Assembly: GCF_009914755.1 (NCBI RefSeq)
Contig: NC_060935.1
DNA: 64,000 nucleotides
Origin: the human T2T-CHM13v2.0 reference genome, Homo sapiens
Direction: 5' to 3' (one strand)
Part shown: in pieces, positions 15,750-30,085 of the stretch
How positions within the stretch are numbered: the stretch's first letter is position 1
Layout of the letters: each line of letters begins with the position of its first letter
Translations under genes and position numbers: made by a program
The notes under the pieces: generated by a model
The model's database searches: none
What the model saw: only the letters and a program-made list of their open reading frames with translations
Told to the model about the DNA's origin: nothing

Positions 15750-17160
15750 CCAGGCCCACTCCAGTAAAACTCAGTGCCTGGAAGGCTCCCAAACTCCCGG
15801 CTGATACCCTCAGACTAAGCCTCTAGGCCTGCCCTGGTGCCAGGCCATACCCCATAGCCCCAGGCTCCAGATCTGCTTCCTAGCCAGACTGACCTTAGCA
15901 GCCCGACTCTGGCCCTAGTGCCAGGCCAGCCCCAGCAGTCATGGACTCTGGGCCCACCTTAACATGAGCCCAGCCCCTACAGACTCAGGCTTCAGGCCCA
16001 CCTTGCAGATTCAATCTCCAGGCCCATCCTAGCGCCAGGGCAGCCTTGGTGGCCCAGGGCTCTAGACTCCCCCCAGAACCGGCTGGGGCATGAATCCAGG
16101 CTTCAGGTCTGCCCTAGCACTGGGTCAGCCTGACAGCCTTAGTTATCAGGCCTACACCAGCAGACCCAGCCTCCAGGTCCACCCCAGGCTCCAGCCCAGC
16201 CCACAGCCAAGTTGGTCCACACAGCTCAGAGCTTTAGGCCTGCCCTAGCACCAGGTCAGTACCCCTGGCCTTAGGCACTGGGCCAGCACCTGTGGACACA
16301 GGCTCTAGGCCTGCTCAGTTTCACACCAGTCCCTGCGGCCCCACACTCCAGGCCTGCTCTAGCAACCCCCAGGCCCATCCCAGTAGACCCAGTACTGAGC
16401 TGGCTCCCACAAATCCAGACTCCAGGATAGCCCTCATGGACCCAGGTCCCAGGCTGGCCCTCATTGCCCTAGTACCCAGGCTAGCCCTCACAGACCTACC
16501 CTCTGGGGCAGCATCTGCACATCCAGGCTCTTGACCATCACTCACAGACCCAGGCTCCGTGCCTGCCCAGGAACAGGCCAGCCCAGGCTCCAGGCCAGTC
16601 CCCATGCCACAGACTTCAGTGAACCCAAAGTCTAGGCCTGCTCCAGCAGACTCAAGGTCCAGACCCACTCCAACAGATGCCAGTAACAGCCTGGCCCCCA
16701 TGGGATGAGACTCCAGGACCATCCCTGTATACCCACGTTCCAGGCCAGCCCTTGTGGACCCAGGGCCCGGGCCCAACCCCCATAAACTCAGGCTCCAGGT
16801 CCGCCCCAGTACCAGACCAACCCCTGTGGACTTAGGCTCCAGGCCCGTCCACCTGGATGCAGGCGCCAAGTCAATCCCAATGACTAACCATTCCCTGCAG
16901 ATTCAGGCTCAAGGCCCATGCCATCACAGGGTCAGTCCCTGTGCACTTAGGCTTCAGGCTGGCTCCCGCAGATATAGGCTCTCAGCCCACCCCTGTGGTC
17001 CCAATCAATAGGTCCACTCCAGTGGGCCCAGGCTCCAAGCTTAACCCTATGAACCCAGGCACCAGGCCCACTCACCTGCTGACCCAGGTACCAGGCCAGC
17101 CTGCCTAAGGACTTCAGCACCAAGATCATTCATGAACCACACAAGATGGCCTGCCCAGAA
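15750..17160 (+). repeat. Degenerate C-rich array (ccaggctccaggcc-like units) in the L1 5'UTR
   Basis: Dozens of ccaggctc/ctctaggcct/gacccagg variants. Confidence 0.8.
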
Positions 17161-17714
17161 TCTCTGGACAGGCTGAATGGTGAAGGGCTTTCTCAGGCAA
17201 AGCCAATCTGCAAAGACTGGATAAGTTCCTACTTTTTCACATGCTCAGACACCAAAGCATGGCCAGAAGAATCAAGAACAATCAGGGAAACTTGATCCCA
17301 CCCAAAGAACAAAACAAAGGATCAGTAACCAACCCTAAAGAAATGGATATTCATGACCTGCCTCACAAATAATTAAAAATAATTGTTTTAAGAAAGTTTA
17401 GCAAACATTAAGAAAATATAGAGAAACAATTTAACAAAATAAGGAAAACAATAAATATCCCAAACAAATTTAAGAGATTGAAATTATTTTTTTAAAAAAC
17501 ATCAAAAGAAATCCTGGAGCTGAAAAATACAATGAATCCAATGAAACTGCAACACAGAGCATCAACAGCAGAACTGATCAAGCAGAAGACAGAATATGTG
17601 AACTCAAAAATCAGTTATTTGAAAATAGGAAGGCCAATGGTTTCCAATAAGATTCAGTCCAAATAACACTACACCAAGACATATTATAATCAAACTATCA
17701 AAAATTAAAAGACA

Positions 17715-18107
<393 letters not shown>

Positions 18108-18414
18108 TCACATTATAAACCTTATAGGCCAGGAGAGAATGGGATGATAGATTCAAAATGCTGAATGAAAAAAAAACCCTGCCAACTAAGAAGACTATAT
18201 CCAGCAAAACTCTTCTTCAGAAATCAAGGAAAGATAAAGACTTTCCCAGAGAAATAAAAGCTGAGGGAGTTTATCACCACCAGACCTGTCTTATATTTCT
18301 TAGACAGGTCTGACGGTAATAAATTTATATGAAATGCTAAGGAGAGTGCTTCATGTTGAAAGAAAAGGATGCTAATTAGCAACACAAAAACAAGAAAGTA
18401 TAAAACTCACTGGA

Positions 18415-18650
18415 AGCCTGAGAAACATGCTGAAACCCCATCTCTACCAAAAACAGACAGACAAACAAATACAAACATTAGCCAGGCGTGGTGTCACATG
18501 CCAGTAGTCTCATATACTCAGGAGGCTGAGGTAGGAAAATCACTTGAGCTTGCGGGGCAGAGATTGTAGTGAGCTGAGATCAACCATTGCACTACAGCCT
18601 GGGTGACAGAATGAGACCCTATCTCAAAACAAACAAACAAAACACCCCAA
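18415..18650 (+). mobile_element. 5'-truncated AluJ
   Basis: End of left arm plus right arm; TSD aaa(a/c)ctcactgg. Confidence 0.85.
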
Positions 18651-19769
18651 AAACCTCACTGGTAATGGTAAGCACATAGTTAAATTCAGAATACTATGAT
18701 ACTGTAAATGGTGGTAAGTAAATCACTTTTATCTTTAGTATTAAGGTCAAAATACAAAACTGCTAAAAATAATATTAGCTACAATCATTTGTTAAGGGAT
18801 ATATAATACAAAAATATGTAAATTGTGACACTAAAAATACAGAATATGTTTGTGGCGGGTATGGAATAAAAGTGTAAAGAAACCACAAAGTAAAACCTAA
18901 AGTAGATTCATAAAAGGTAAAAAGTAAGGAATATAAGTATACTACTAAAGAAAACCACCTAATCACAAAGGAAGACGGCAAGAGAGGAAGAGAGGAATAA
19001 TGGATCTACAAAACAACCAGAAAACAACAAAACGTCAGAAGTTAGTCCTCACCAATCAATAATTGCCTTGAATGTAAATGGATTAAAAAGAGTAAGACCC
19101 TACTGTATGTTACCTACAAGAGACTCACTTTACCTATAAGGACACACATAGACTAAATACGAAGGAATGGAAAAAGATATGGCATGCAAATGGGAACCAA
19201 AAGAGAGCAGAAGTACTGATATTCATATGGAATAAAATAGACTTTAAGTCCAAACTGTAAAAAGAGACAAAGAAGGTCATTATATAATAATAAAGGGGTC
19301 AATTAATCAAGACACTATAACAATTGTAAATATATATGCACCTAACATCACAGCACCTAGATATATAAAGCAACTATTAATCAATGGGAAGGGAAAGATA
19401 GACTATACTACAGAAACAGTAGGGACTTCAATATCCTACTTTCAGCAATGGACAGGTCATCCAGAAAGAAAACCAATAAGGAAATGTCTGACTTAAGCTA
19501 CACTTTAGACTAAATGGATATAACAGACCTATACAGAACATTCCATCCAACAGCAGTACAACACACATTCTTCTCAAGCACATGGGAACATTAAAGGTCT
19601 CCCCTTACATGCATCTCCTTAGTCCAAATTCCAAGAGTAACTACTGTTTATAGATTGGCAAGTTTCCTTCCAAACCTTTGCAATTACAAAAATCACTCCA
19701 GTGGCTGTATAAGAAGAGGGAGTATGACCAGAGGCAGGGACTCCATGTTAGCTTCCCTTCTTCCTGCTA

Positions 19770-20820
<1,051 letters not shown>

Positions 20821-21534
20821 TTCAAAACTGCTAATGCTTCTGCAAGCAGAAGTGGTAAGCATTTTAAACAAATTACTTATCGTAACTATTAAAAAGCCAA
20901 ACTATGGTTTGTTTTCTCTTCCTTGATAGTTTTTTAGTATTTGTAACCAGTAATGTTGATGGTTTCCCACGTACCATTTGGTTTGAATTTCATTACCTTC
21001 AACAGGCACAGTATCTGATTCAATTACTTGCTGAACGAATGAAGGAATTTCACTAACTTACATGCACACAAAGATACAGTCCTTACAGGTAAGCCCAAAA
21101 CCAGATTCCATCTCCTACATAGCAGTGGTTCTTCTATATGTGACCTAAATCAGTTAAGTGAGTCTTCTGTGCCTACTCACCTTACCTAAAATAACTTTTA
21201 AAATTACCTTCAAAGGTAATTTATCCAGAATATGAATTAAGATTTCAAAGAGAAATGAGAAGGGTCTCTAAGCAGCTAAAATCTATGTCTAAAACTCATA
21301 TGTTTAATTCATAGAAGTCTGTTGGGTTCTCATTTGGAGACTATTTACTCTCAGTTTATACACAATTTGGATTAAGATTGGCATTAGTCAGTCTTCCTAT
21401 TTCCCAGAACGTTTAAAGCTAAGAGGGTACAAAAAGGCAGATACAGATAGGCAAACTAACTGAAAGCACTGCAAAACAATGTCTGATAGAGAAGTAGTAT
21501 GGCACAGAAATTAAGAAAACTGGCTGTAAAATCT

Positions 21535-21770
21535 GGGATGATCAGAGCATCAGAATGAATAATGACAGTAATGTATTATAACCCATTAATTATATATAAT
21601 TATAACCCACTGAGTAAAATAAGATTCTCCATTGAAGTCCACACTGAAAATTAATAAGTAAATGGAGAGAAGGGAAAGTTCTGTCTTACTATAGAATGAA
21701 AACTAATAATTGTAGAAGGAAGGATGAAATTAGAAAACCACCATTTTGTGGCCTCATAATAATTATTAGG
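21535..21770 (+). mobile_element. L1MC/MD-type 3' fragment inside a MIR
   Basis: atgacagtaatgtattataaccc, tgaaattagaaaaccaccattt; MIR pieces on both sides. Confidence 0.55.
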
Positions 21771-22688
21771 ATAATAAGAGTAGCTCATCTGGTTGTGTTA
21801 ATACACATAAAGTAGCTTAGAACAGTGTCTTGACACATAACAACTGCTCAATGAATGTTAGTTATTATTACTATGTACCTGACCCTGTGGCTGGACTAAG
21901 GAAAGTCAGGAGACATACCAATTAGGACATCTAAATTGGGAAGACAGCATGGCATTTTATAACAAGCACAGAGAGACCTGTGTTCAAATCAAAGCTCTAT
22001 CATTTACTGATTGTGTGTTCTTGGACCAGTGACTACACCTCTGGGCCTTCATTTCCTTACCAGAATAATGGAGATAATGATGGCTGCCGTGCAGGTTATA
22101 AGTACGTAAAACTCCATAGTGCCTGACACATTAAAAAAAAAAAAGCTCCACAAATCTAAGCTCTTTACCCTCTGTTTGTATAATCTCAGCAATAATCACA
22201 TGAATCTGGGCTGTGATGGGCACCAGATCTATACCTGACCACCCTAGCACTCATGCTGGAATAGTCCTGCGTTAAGAAGGCAGCTCTTCTATATTCTGCA
22301 CAAGTTGATGTGTGTTAAAATCCAAGTGTCGATCTAAACTCAAAGGGACGTAATTTGGTTAATCCTCAGCTGCTGTGTCCAATCACCATTCAATCACACC
22401 CCCTCCCATGGCAGGCTGTCCCTCCAGGCAGCTAGTGTCACTAACTGTGCTACCTGGGCCTCTCCAGGTTCATGAGTATTGATTTCATCTGTCCAATTTG
22501 CAGGCTGTAGGACGTGTCCAAGCAACCACGTATGTTGCCCTTGGTCCCAGAGGGCAGACAGTGGTCTAGCAGGGTGGGGAGAAGAGAGTGACTAGGATCG
22601 ACCCTGGGGCTGCTAACCCAATCAAAGGGAATAAGCAATTCACTTCACAAACTTGGAGGCCAAAGAGGGTAAGCATCCAAGACAGTGA

Positions 22689-23023
<335 letters not shown>

Positions 23024-24037
23024 CTCCCTTCACTTTTAATAATACTCAAAAGGCAGCAGCACCACTGTGGGGTATAGACAGGGCTAAAGAAACCATGGCT
23101 GCTCAGTAACCAACAGTGGCGTCAAACACCTTGACATATGGCCAGTAGGTTTTTTGTTCAACAGCCTTCATGTACTTATAAAGTATCTAACCAAGAGCTC
23201 CAAACGGGTCAGGCCCTTCTTGGAGAAGCCAGCCCAGATCGGGCTAGAGGGCTACAAGAGTATGATTCACCACTAGCTTTGATCACCAAAAGAACCTCAC
23301 TGAAACTATAGCATATAGCATATAGCAGGGCAGAAACATGGTAGAAGGCTAGCCAGGTTAGAGAAATCTAAGGCAAGGATGGTGAAAACGGGCTCAGCAG
23401 TAGGCCAACACCAGGGAGTGCCAAGAAGTTCACAATCAAAATAAAATTAAGGGCCACACACCAGGCAGCAAAGGTGTACATGAGGTCAGAGGTCAAGAAC
23501 TAGAGGGTGAGGTAGAACAGATTATAAACCAAGTGAGTAGCCAGAAACCAAGGATTACACTGGTACCAGAAGTCAAGGCAAGGCAAAAGCAGCAGCATCC
23601 AGGAGCAGCAGTAAGGAGACAATGGAAATGGAATTATTTCTGCCTCTTTTATTTTCTGCTGAAGCAGAAAGAAATCCCCAACTCAAAACAGTATTTGGGA
23701 GAAGGTGACTTACATGGGGAGATGATGGTGAGTCAGCCCACCTGGCTGATATACAGAACACAGAGTGAGCAATAAGAACCAAATCTGATGGCACAGAGGA
23801 AGGTAGGCACTGCTACTGGAGCTGATCCATTAAAGGACAATAGGACAGTAGCAACTTCTCCTTTGTTCTGATGCTGGCATACTGGCTGCCATGTTGTAGG
23901 TGTGGGTTTCACTATTACTGTCTTAAATTTGAGTAGCTGGTACCACATGGGCTGTGGTATAAGGCTAGGTCTTCACGGTCTTAACAGTTGGATTAAAGGA
24001 GGCAGAGTAAAACAGGCCACTCAATTATGTTTTTCTA

Positions 24038-24378
<341 letters not shown>

Positions 24379-24629
24379 GATTATCAGCCATTCTCTCAAC
24401 CAGCTCAAGATTTGGCCTCTCATGGTAGTACAACCCTCAAAGGCTAGGGATAATCTCCAGATACCCTATTACCCTTACTAATTTGGGGAAGCAGAGAATG
24501 TCTATGGCACAAGTATGTTATATTGCCTTTCACTTCCCAATACTGACTTTCAGGTAGTTAATAGTCTGTAGGAGCACTTTGCCCCAGATCAGGCTTTGAT
24601 AGAAATGCTAGGATCAGAAGGCCCAACAT

Positions 24630-24958
24630 GCCAGGCGCAGTGGCTCATGCCTATAATCCCAGCACTCCGGGAGGCTGAGGCGAGCAGATCACTTGAGGCC
24701 AGGAGTTGGAGACCACCCTGGCCAACATGGTAAAACCCCATCTCTACTAAAAATACAAAAATTAGCCAGGTGTGATGGCAGGTACCTGTAATCCCAACTA
24801 ATCGGGAGGCTGAGGCAGAAGAATCACTTCAACCCAGGAGGCAGAGGTTGCAGTGAGCCAAGATCACACCACTGCACTCCAGCCTGGGCAACAGAGTGAG
24901 ACTGTCTCAAAAAAAAAACGAAATAGAAAAAAAAAAAAAGAAAAGAAAAAAGAAAAAG
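24630..24958 (+). mobile_element. AluS
   Basis: Alu consensus; TSD agaaggcccaaca. Confidence 0.92.
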
Positions 24959-24974
24959 AAGGCCCAACAAAAAT

Positions 24975-25510
24975 GAGGCAAAGATATCAACAGCCAATTC
25001 CTAGAGGAGGAAACCAAAAAAGGATTATTACTAGGTATATAAAGAAAATCTTCAAGTTCATTTGTTATTACAGAAATGCAAATTAAAATGAGATATCACT
25101 GTAAATTCAACATATTCACAAATGTTAGAAAGCTGAAAAATGGCAAGTGTTGGTGAAGATGTGAGGATCTGGGACTCTTCATGCACTGTTAGGGTATAGA
25201 CTGGTGCAGCCATTCTGGAAGCCAATCTTGCAGGACTTCATTAAAGCACCTTACCCTATGACCAAGCACTTCTGCTCCTGAGTATACAATTCTTAGAAAA
25301 ATTCTTATGCAGGTCCATAAAGGGCAACACAAGAAATGGTTCATCACAGCATTCTGTGGCAGTGGGGAGTTGCGGGCCATCAAGTGTCCACCACTGGGGG
25401 GACAGATAAGGTAAATGTGGTAGTCACACACTATGAAACACGATGCAGTAGTTAGAAGCAACAGGCTGGATATACATGCAACAACATAGATGGATGATTT
25501 TTTTCAAAAA
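24975..25510 (+). mobile_element. L1ME-like 3' fragment
   Basis: gaaatgcaaattaaaatgagatatcac, aagtgttggtgaagatgtg, ggtgcagccattctggaa. Confidence 0.75.
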
Positions 25511-26279
25511 GTGTTGAAGTCCTATCTCTTTTATTTACATATTAATTGAACTTGACCATTTGTTCCAAAAGTTAATCCCTTTCAGGGAGTCTCTCAATTA
25601 TAAAACTTCTAATTCCTATATGATCTAGTAGTCTTGGGGGCTGAAATATTAAAGACCCACTGAAAACAATGAACTCCCTGCAGTACACCAAGGGCCATCA
25701 AAGATGCCACCTGCTGTCCCCTCCTTCAACTGGTTGGTGTTCATTCACCTTCAGGGCTCCTTGGTGACACCATCACCAACTCAACTGTGCCTTCTCTGAT
25801 TCCCAGTATGAGTCCATGCTCTTTCTCTTTGTCTGCACAGCACCCAGTACTCACTCCCATGGTAGGTGACCCTCATATTGTATCATGATGGCCTGCTTAC
25901 TTTTATTTGCCTTTCCCACTAGACTATGGGGCAAGGGCCATGTCTCAACCTTATTTCCCAGCTCCCTGCCCAGTGCCTGGATCACAGATGTTTTCTGAAT
26001 GAGTGCATGAATAAATAAATGAAAGATGAATAAATGAAATCATTAATTTATTTGATGGAAAATGGGAGAGAAAGGTGGACAGCAGCTGTCTCTGCCCTGC
26101 TCAGCCTTCTCCCACCTGAAGGTCCCAACTAGGCTGCGGGTGGTTTAGCTGTGGAAAACGTATATGTTCCTCTCCTGAACAGTAGCTCCTTCCTGGGCTA
26201 CAGAAAGTTCCCAGACAAAGCTCAGGAAATGAACAGGAGGGTGGTCACTAAGTGGCAGCTCCTGAGATTCATGGAACTC

Positions 26280-26345
26280 CCTTTGGAGCCACAGCCAAAT
26301 TAATTTGCTGATCAGGCTGTAATTAGATTAAAAGTGGAAGCACAT
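26280..26345. promoter_or_regulatory. Candidate PHOX2/paired-type homeodomain site
   Basis: TAATTAGATTA at 26320-26330 and 12-bp palindrome CAAATTAATTTG at 26296-26307. Confidence 0.4.
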
Positions 26346-27109
26346 GTAGGAAGGTTGGCTCACACTGACCTTGATGAGCTCTTGCTTTCAGGGTGGTGGG
26401 GAGTCACAATAAATGGGAGGGCAGTTACTTCAATCAGTGTTTAGGCTTTCTGCTTTCAGTGGCCAGAGGGGGTTGGGGTGCTCACATTGTTTAGGGAAGA
26501 GCGAGAAAACCTATGGTGTGAGCTCAGGCTTGTGTTGGGCCAGGCGCGTGTCAAAGACGGCTGGCGAGCAGCTGGAGTTGGTGAAGCAAGAAGGGCAGTG
26601 ATCCCAGCTCCAGGTCATCCCTACACAATGTTGAGCTTCAGAAGAAGCTCCTCTAACTCCTCCTCCTCCCCACCCCCCACATCTGAAGCATAGGATCACT
26701 GTGATGAGTGTCACGGGTCCCAAGGAGAAGACAAAGAGTGACCTCTTCTCAACCCAGTGCACACCTCGATGAGGGGAGGAAGTGAAAAGGTCACAGTTCA
26801 GGAGGTCTGCTGGAAAGTCAAATGAGTTGTGGCTCATTCAGTAACCTGGTCTCTGGCTGGTCAGGAAAGCCGGGTGGCCCAACCAAAGGCACTAGCATTT
26901 GTTAAATCTACAAGTCCTGTGGCATGGGGACATGAGCTGAGAGTAGAGAGGGCACAGAGAACAGTTTTCTTTTTAAAGCCAGATTCCTAAGGAAATGAAT
27001 TAAAGATTGGGTAGGAAATAAGGTACCTGTATAGAAAATGTGCCCCAGTTTCCTCAAATGAGGATAATGTTTATTTATTTACTTCAAAAAGTAAAGATCA
27101 ATAATCATA

Positions 27110-27335
27110 ATAAAGCAGCCGCAGTGTGTTAGACACTTTATATTCACTATTTCAGATCCTTATAACAACTTGCAATGAGGTACCAGTCCTATTTTATAAA
27201 TAAGTAAACTAAGGCTCGGCAAGATAATATGAGTTACCCAAATGTACACATTAAATAAGCACAAGAACCAAGATTCAAAACCAGGTCTGTCTGAGTCTAA
27301 ATTTGGTGTACATTCCCCTAAACCACGTTGGCTCT
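27110..27335 (-). mobile_element. MIR
   Basis: cctattttataaataagtaaactaaggctc...agattcaaaaccagg. Confidence 0.7.
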
Positions 27336-27854
27336 CACCCAACTGACCATCCATTAGTCTGTCTTCTTATCCCATAGTTACTAAGCTCTTACTGCATAGT
27401 ACCAGGAACAGTGATATTTTCAGATGGCAGTTAAAGCAAAGCAGGTCATAGCAGCTAGCTGGGATAAGAAGGAGTCTGTTTGAGATAGACAAGGGTAAAA
27501 ATCAGTGGTGAACCCAGACAGAGGTGATATAATTAGGGGCAAGGCTCGAGGAAGGCATGGCACGTTAAGCTGATGGCCAAGGAATCAAGATCACCCACAA
27601 CAGGGTTTCCAAGATAATCCCAATTTCACATCCTCAGCGTAGTTCTAAATACACTTCCATGTCTTTCAATTTGTGGTTCATAATATATGGTCACCAAACC
27701 TAAGGCCAGTGTAGTCAGGCCCTAGATGTTAGGACTTATTACAGTATGGACCCAGACTAGGCTCTCTCTAGGCAAATGATCCAGAACAGTATGATGGGGC
27801 TGGCATATCTCTTAGACTCGGGTGAAAATAACAACAAAAAGAAAAAACAATATT

Positions 27855-28055
27855 AATAACAGCAGCAGATACCTACTTATTCACTACACTAAGTAGTTTT
27901 ATGTGCATTTTAATCTTTGCAACCACCTTATGCTGAGGTAGGTGCCATTATTATTCCCATTTTGCAGATGGGTAAACTAAAAACCATAAGAGGCACAGCA
28001 AGGTCTTCAACACAGGCAGCTTCACTCCAGAGCCCCTATTCTTCACTACCATAGT
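27855..28055 (-). mobile_element. MIR
   Basis: ttattattcccattttgcagatgggtaaact core. Confidence 0.7.
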
Positions 28056-28399
28056 ATACATAAGTAGACTGGATGCTCCCCAAAGCAGGGACTGTGCCTT
28101 GACTATTTCCATCTCCACACACATAGGGCCTATACAGGGCAGTAAATATTTGCTGAATCAATTCACTTCTGGGGCCTGATGTTGCACAGCAGACAACATA
28201 TTGGGTTTTTAGTCAGCTTCTAGACTTTACTTTTAGTATTGCTAAGTTTTGCACGTTGGGTTTTACAGTTGGTTTTTAATTGTTGACCCATATACTTATC
28301 CTTGTTAGTTTTTATCAACACAGATTTAACCATTGCTCTAGCCCACTGAGGTTTTATTTAATGTCCCCTATTTTTTCACCCAATATATTAGTACCTCCT

Positions 28400-28710
28400 C
28401 AAGCTTCATTAACTCTGTTGGCATTTATCAATGACCTCAATGAAATCAGTGATATAAAATACTGAACAGGACAGAGCCCCATTGCTCACCACTCAAGCCT
28501 GCTCTCTAGTCTGATGTCCATTCATACATAAACAATGAACCAGGTCATTTACATTTACTAGTCTGACTATACTATTTTTACATCATAATTTTACTCATAT
28601 AGATGTCATTAGAGACATCCAAATATCTTACTAAAAGCCTGAAACACCCATGATATCTACTGCCGACCCCTGGCCCACCAGCCTGGCAGCTCTGTTAAAA
28701 TAAGCAGCTT
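28400..28710 (-). mobile_element. L3/CR1 fragment
   Basis: aaaatactgaacaggacagagccc; atatctactgcc...ccaccagcctggcagctct. Confidence 0.5.
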
Positions 28711-28813
28711 ATGGTACAGCTGTTTTTAAAGAAGTCTCTTAAAGAAGAGGTATAGAACTAGACCATCTCACAGTTCCTAGAGATGGAACACCCTGCCCCA
28801 AGCAGCTGAACTG

Positions 28814-28945
28814 AATGAACACTGGATGCTTTCCTATCCCCAACTGCCACTCTCCATAATGAACACTGGATGCTCTCCTATCCCCAACTGCCACTCTCCA
28901 TAATGAACACTGGATGCTCTCCTATCCCCAACTGCCACTCTCCAT
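28814..28945. repeat. Minisatellite, 44 bp x3
   Basis: aatgaacactggatgct(t/c)tcctatccccaactgccactctccat at 28814, 28858 and 28902; one substitution. Confidence 0.97.
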
Positions 28946-29849
28946 GAAGACAGCACTGAACACAGAACCCCAGGACAGAACAGAGCATTGGGCCCAGGAA
29001 GTATACCCTGAGACTGTCACGTTAGGCAAATGAGCTGGCACTGATTTCCAGGGAGCAGCGTCTTGAGTTGCCTGAGGTTGAGGCATGTGTCTGCCAAACT
29101 ACGAGTGCATGCTGGAATTGGAATATCATTACCACAAAACAGGATTATCTTGAGCAACGATTCCAAATGGGATTAGAAATGACTCTTTCTTACTCAGAGA
29201 TAATCGGCCATAGCAGTAGGGGTGGGAGAAACGTCAAGCCCAACACTTTCCTGGGGGCACGGTGCTGCGGTGCTGGCATTCTGGGCACTTGGCCAGCACC
29301 CTCACCCATCCTTCCTTGCTGGGGAATACTGGGTACTGTCCTGCACTGGGCAGGTGGCCACCTGTAACAAAAGCCAGCCTATATCAAGGTACCCTGCTCA
29401 GGGGTCCCATGTTCTTGGGTTCCCTGCCGGTTGCTTCTACGAGCACATCTCTGCTTTCCACCTTTGTGAGCCTATGCTCACAATGGTCCTTCTGCAAATG
29501 CTCTCCCCCTACTCCCTATGTTACCAATCAAATCCTGCCCAACTCCTCTGAAAGGGCCTCTTTTCATGATGCTGGCTCTACACAGCATCATCTCCTCCAC
29601 AGCACTCTATGTGTTCTTCTCTGTGGCACTGAACACATTCTGCCTCATTCTCCAAAGCGGGACTTTTATCCCTTTTCTGAGTGTCAGCTTTCTGAGAACA
29701 AGGAGAGTGGCTTGTCTGTTTTTACAGTTCTCAAAATCCATATAATACATCATGGGTCATCAAGAAACCCTGATAGAGCCGACTTGACTCCTGGTTCCAG
29801 CATCCTTCGGTCCATCCCATGGCCTTGCTCCCGGCCCCTTCCCTCCATA

Positions 29850-30085
29850 GGCAGTGTAGTCCAGTGGAAAGAGCAAGGGTTTGGGGTTCAGAAAGACCCA
29901 GCTTCAAATCCTGGCTCCTTCTTTTACTAGCTGGACAACCTTGGACAACTCTGAGCTTCATTTTCCCTATCTGTAAAATAGGAATAATAATCCCTTCCTT
30001 TCAAGATTGCCCTGAGGATTAGACCCAACATGGGAAGTGCTTGACATGGGCCTGGCACACAGAAAGCACCCAATCAACTACTGCC
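29850..30085 (+). mobile_element. MIR
   Basis: ttcaaatcctggctc...ctgtaaaataggaataataa...cctggcacacag. Confidence 0.8.

Noticed and set aside
16321-16869. 182-aa Gly-rich ORF
   Set aside because: Product of the stop-poor degenerate L1 5'UTR array.
28814-28945. CRISPR-like repeats
   Set aside because: Head-to-tail copies without spacers in a human intron; a VNTR.
29262-29930. Longest ORF (222 aa, + strand)
   Set aside because: No recognisable domain, runs into L2/MIR sequence and is antisense to CLPB; consistent with chance.
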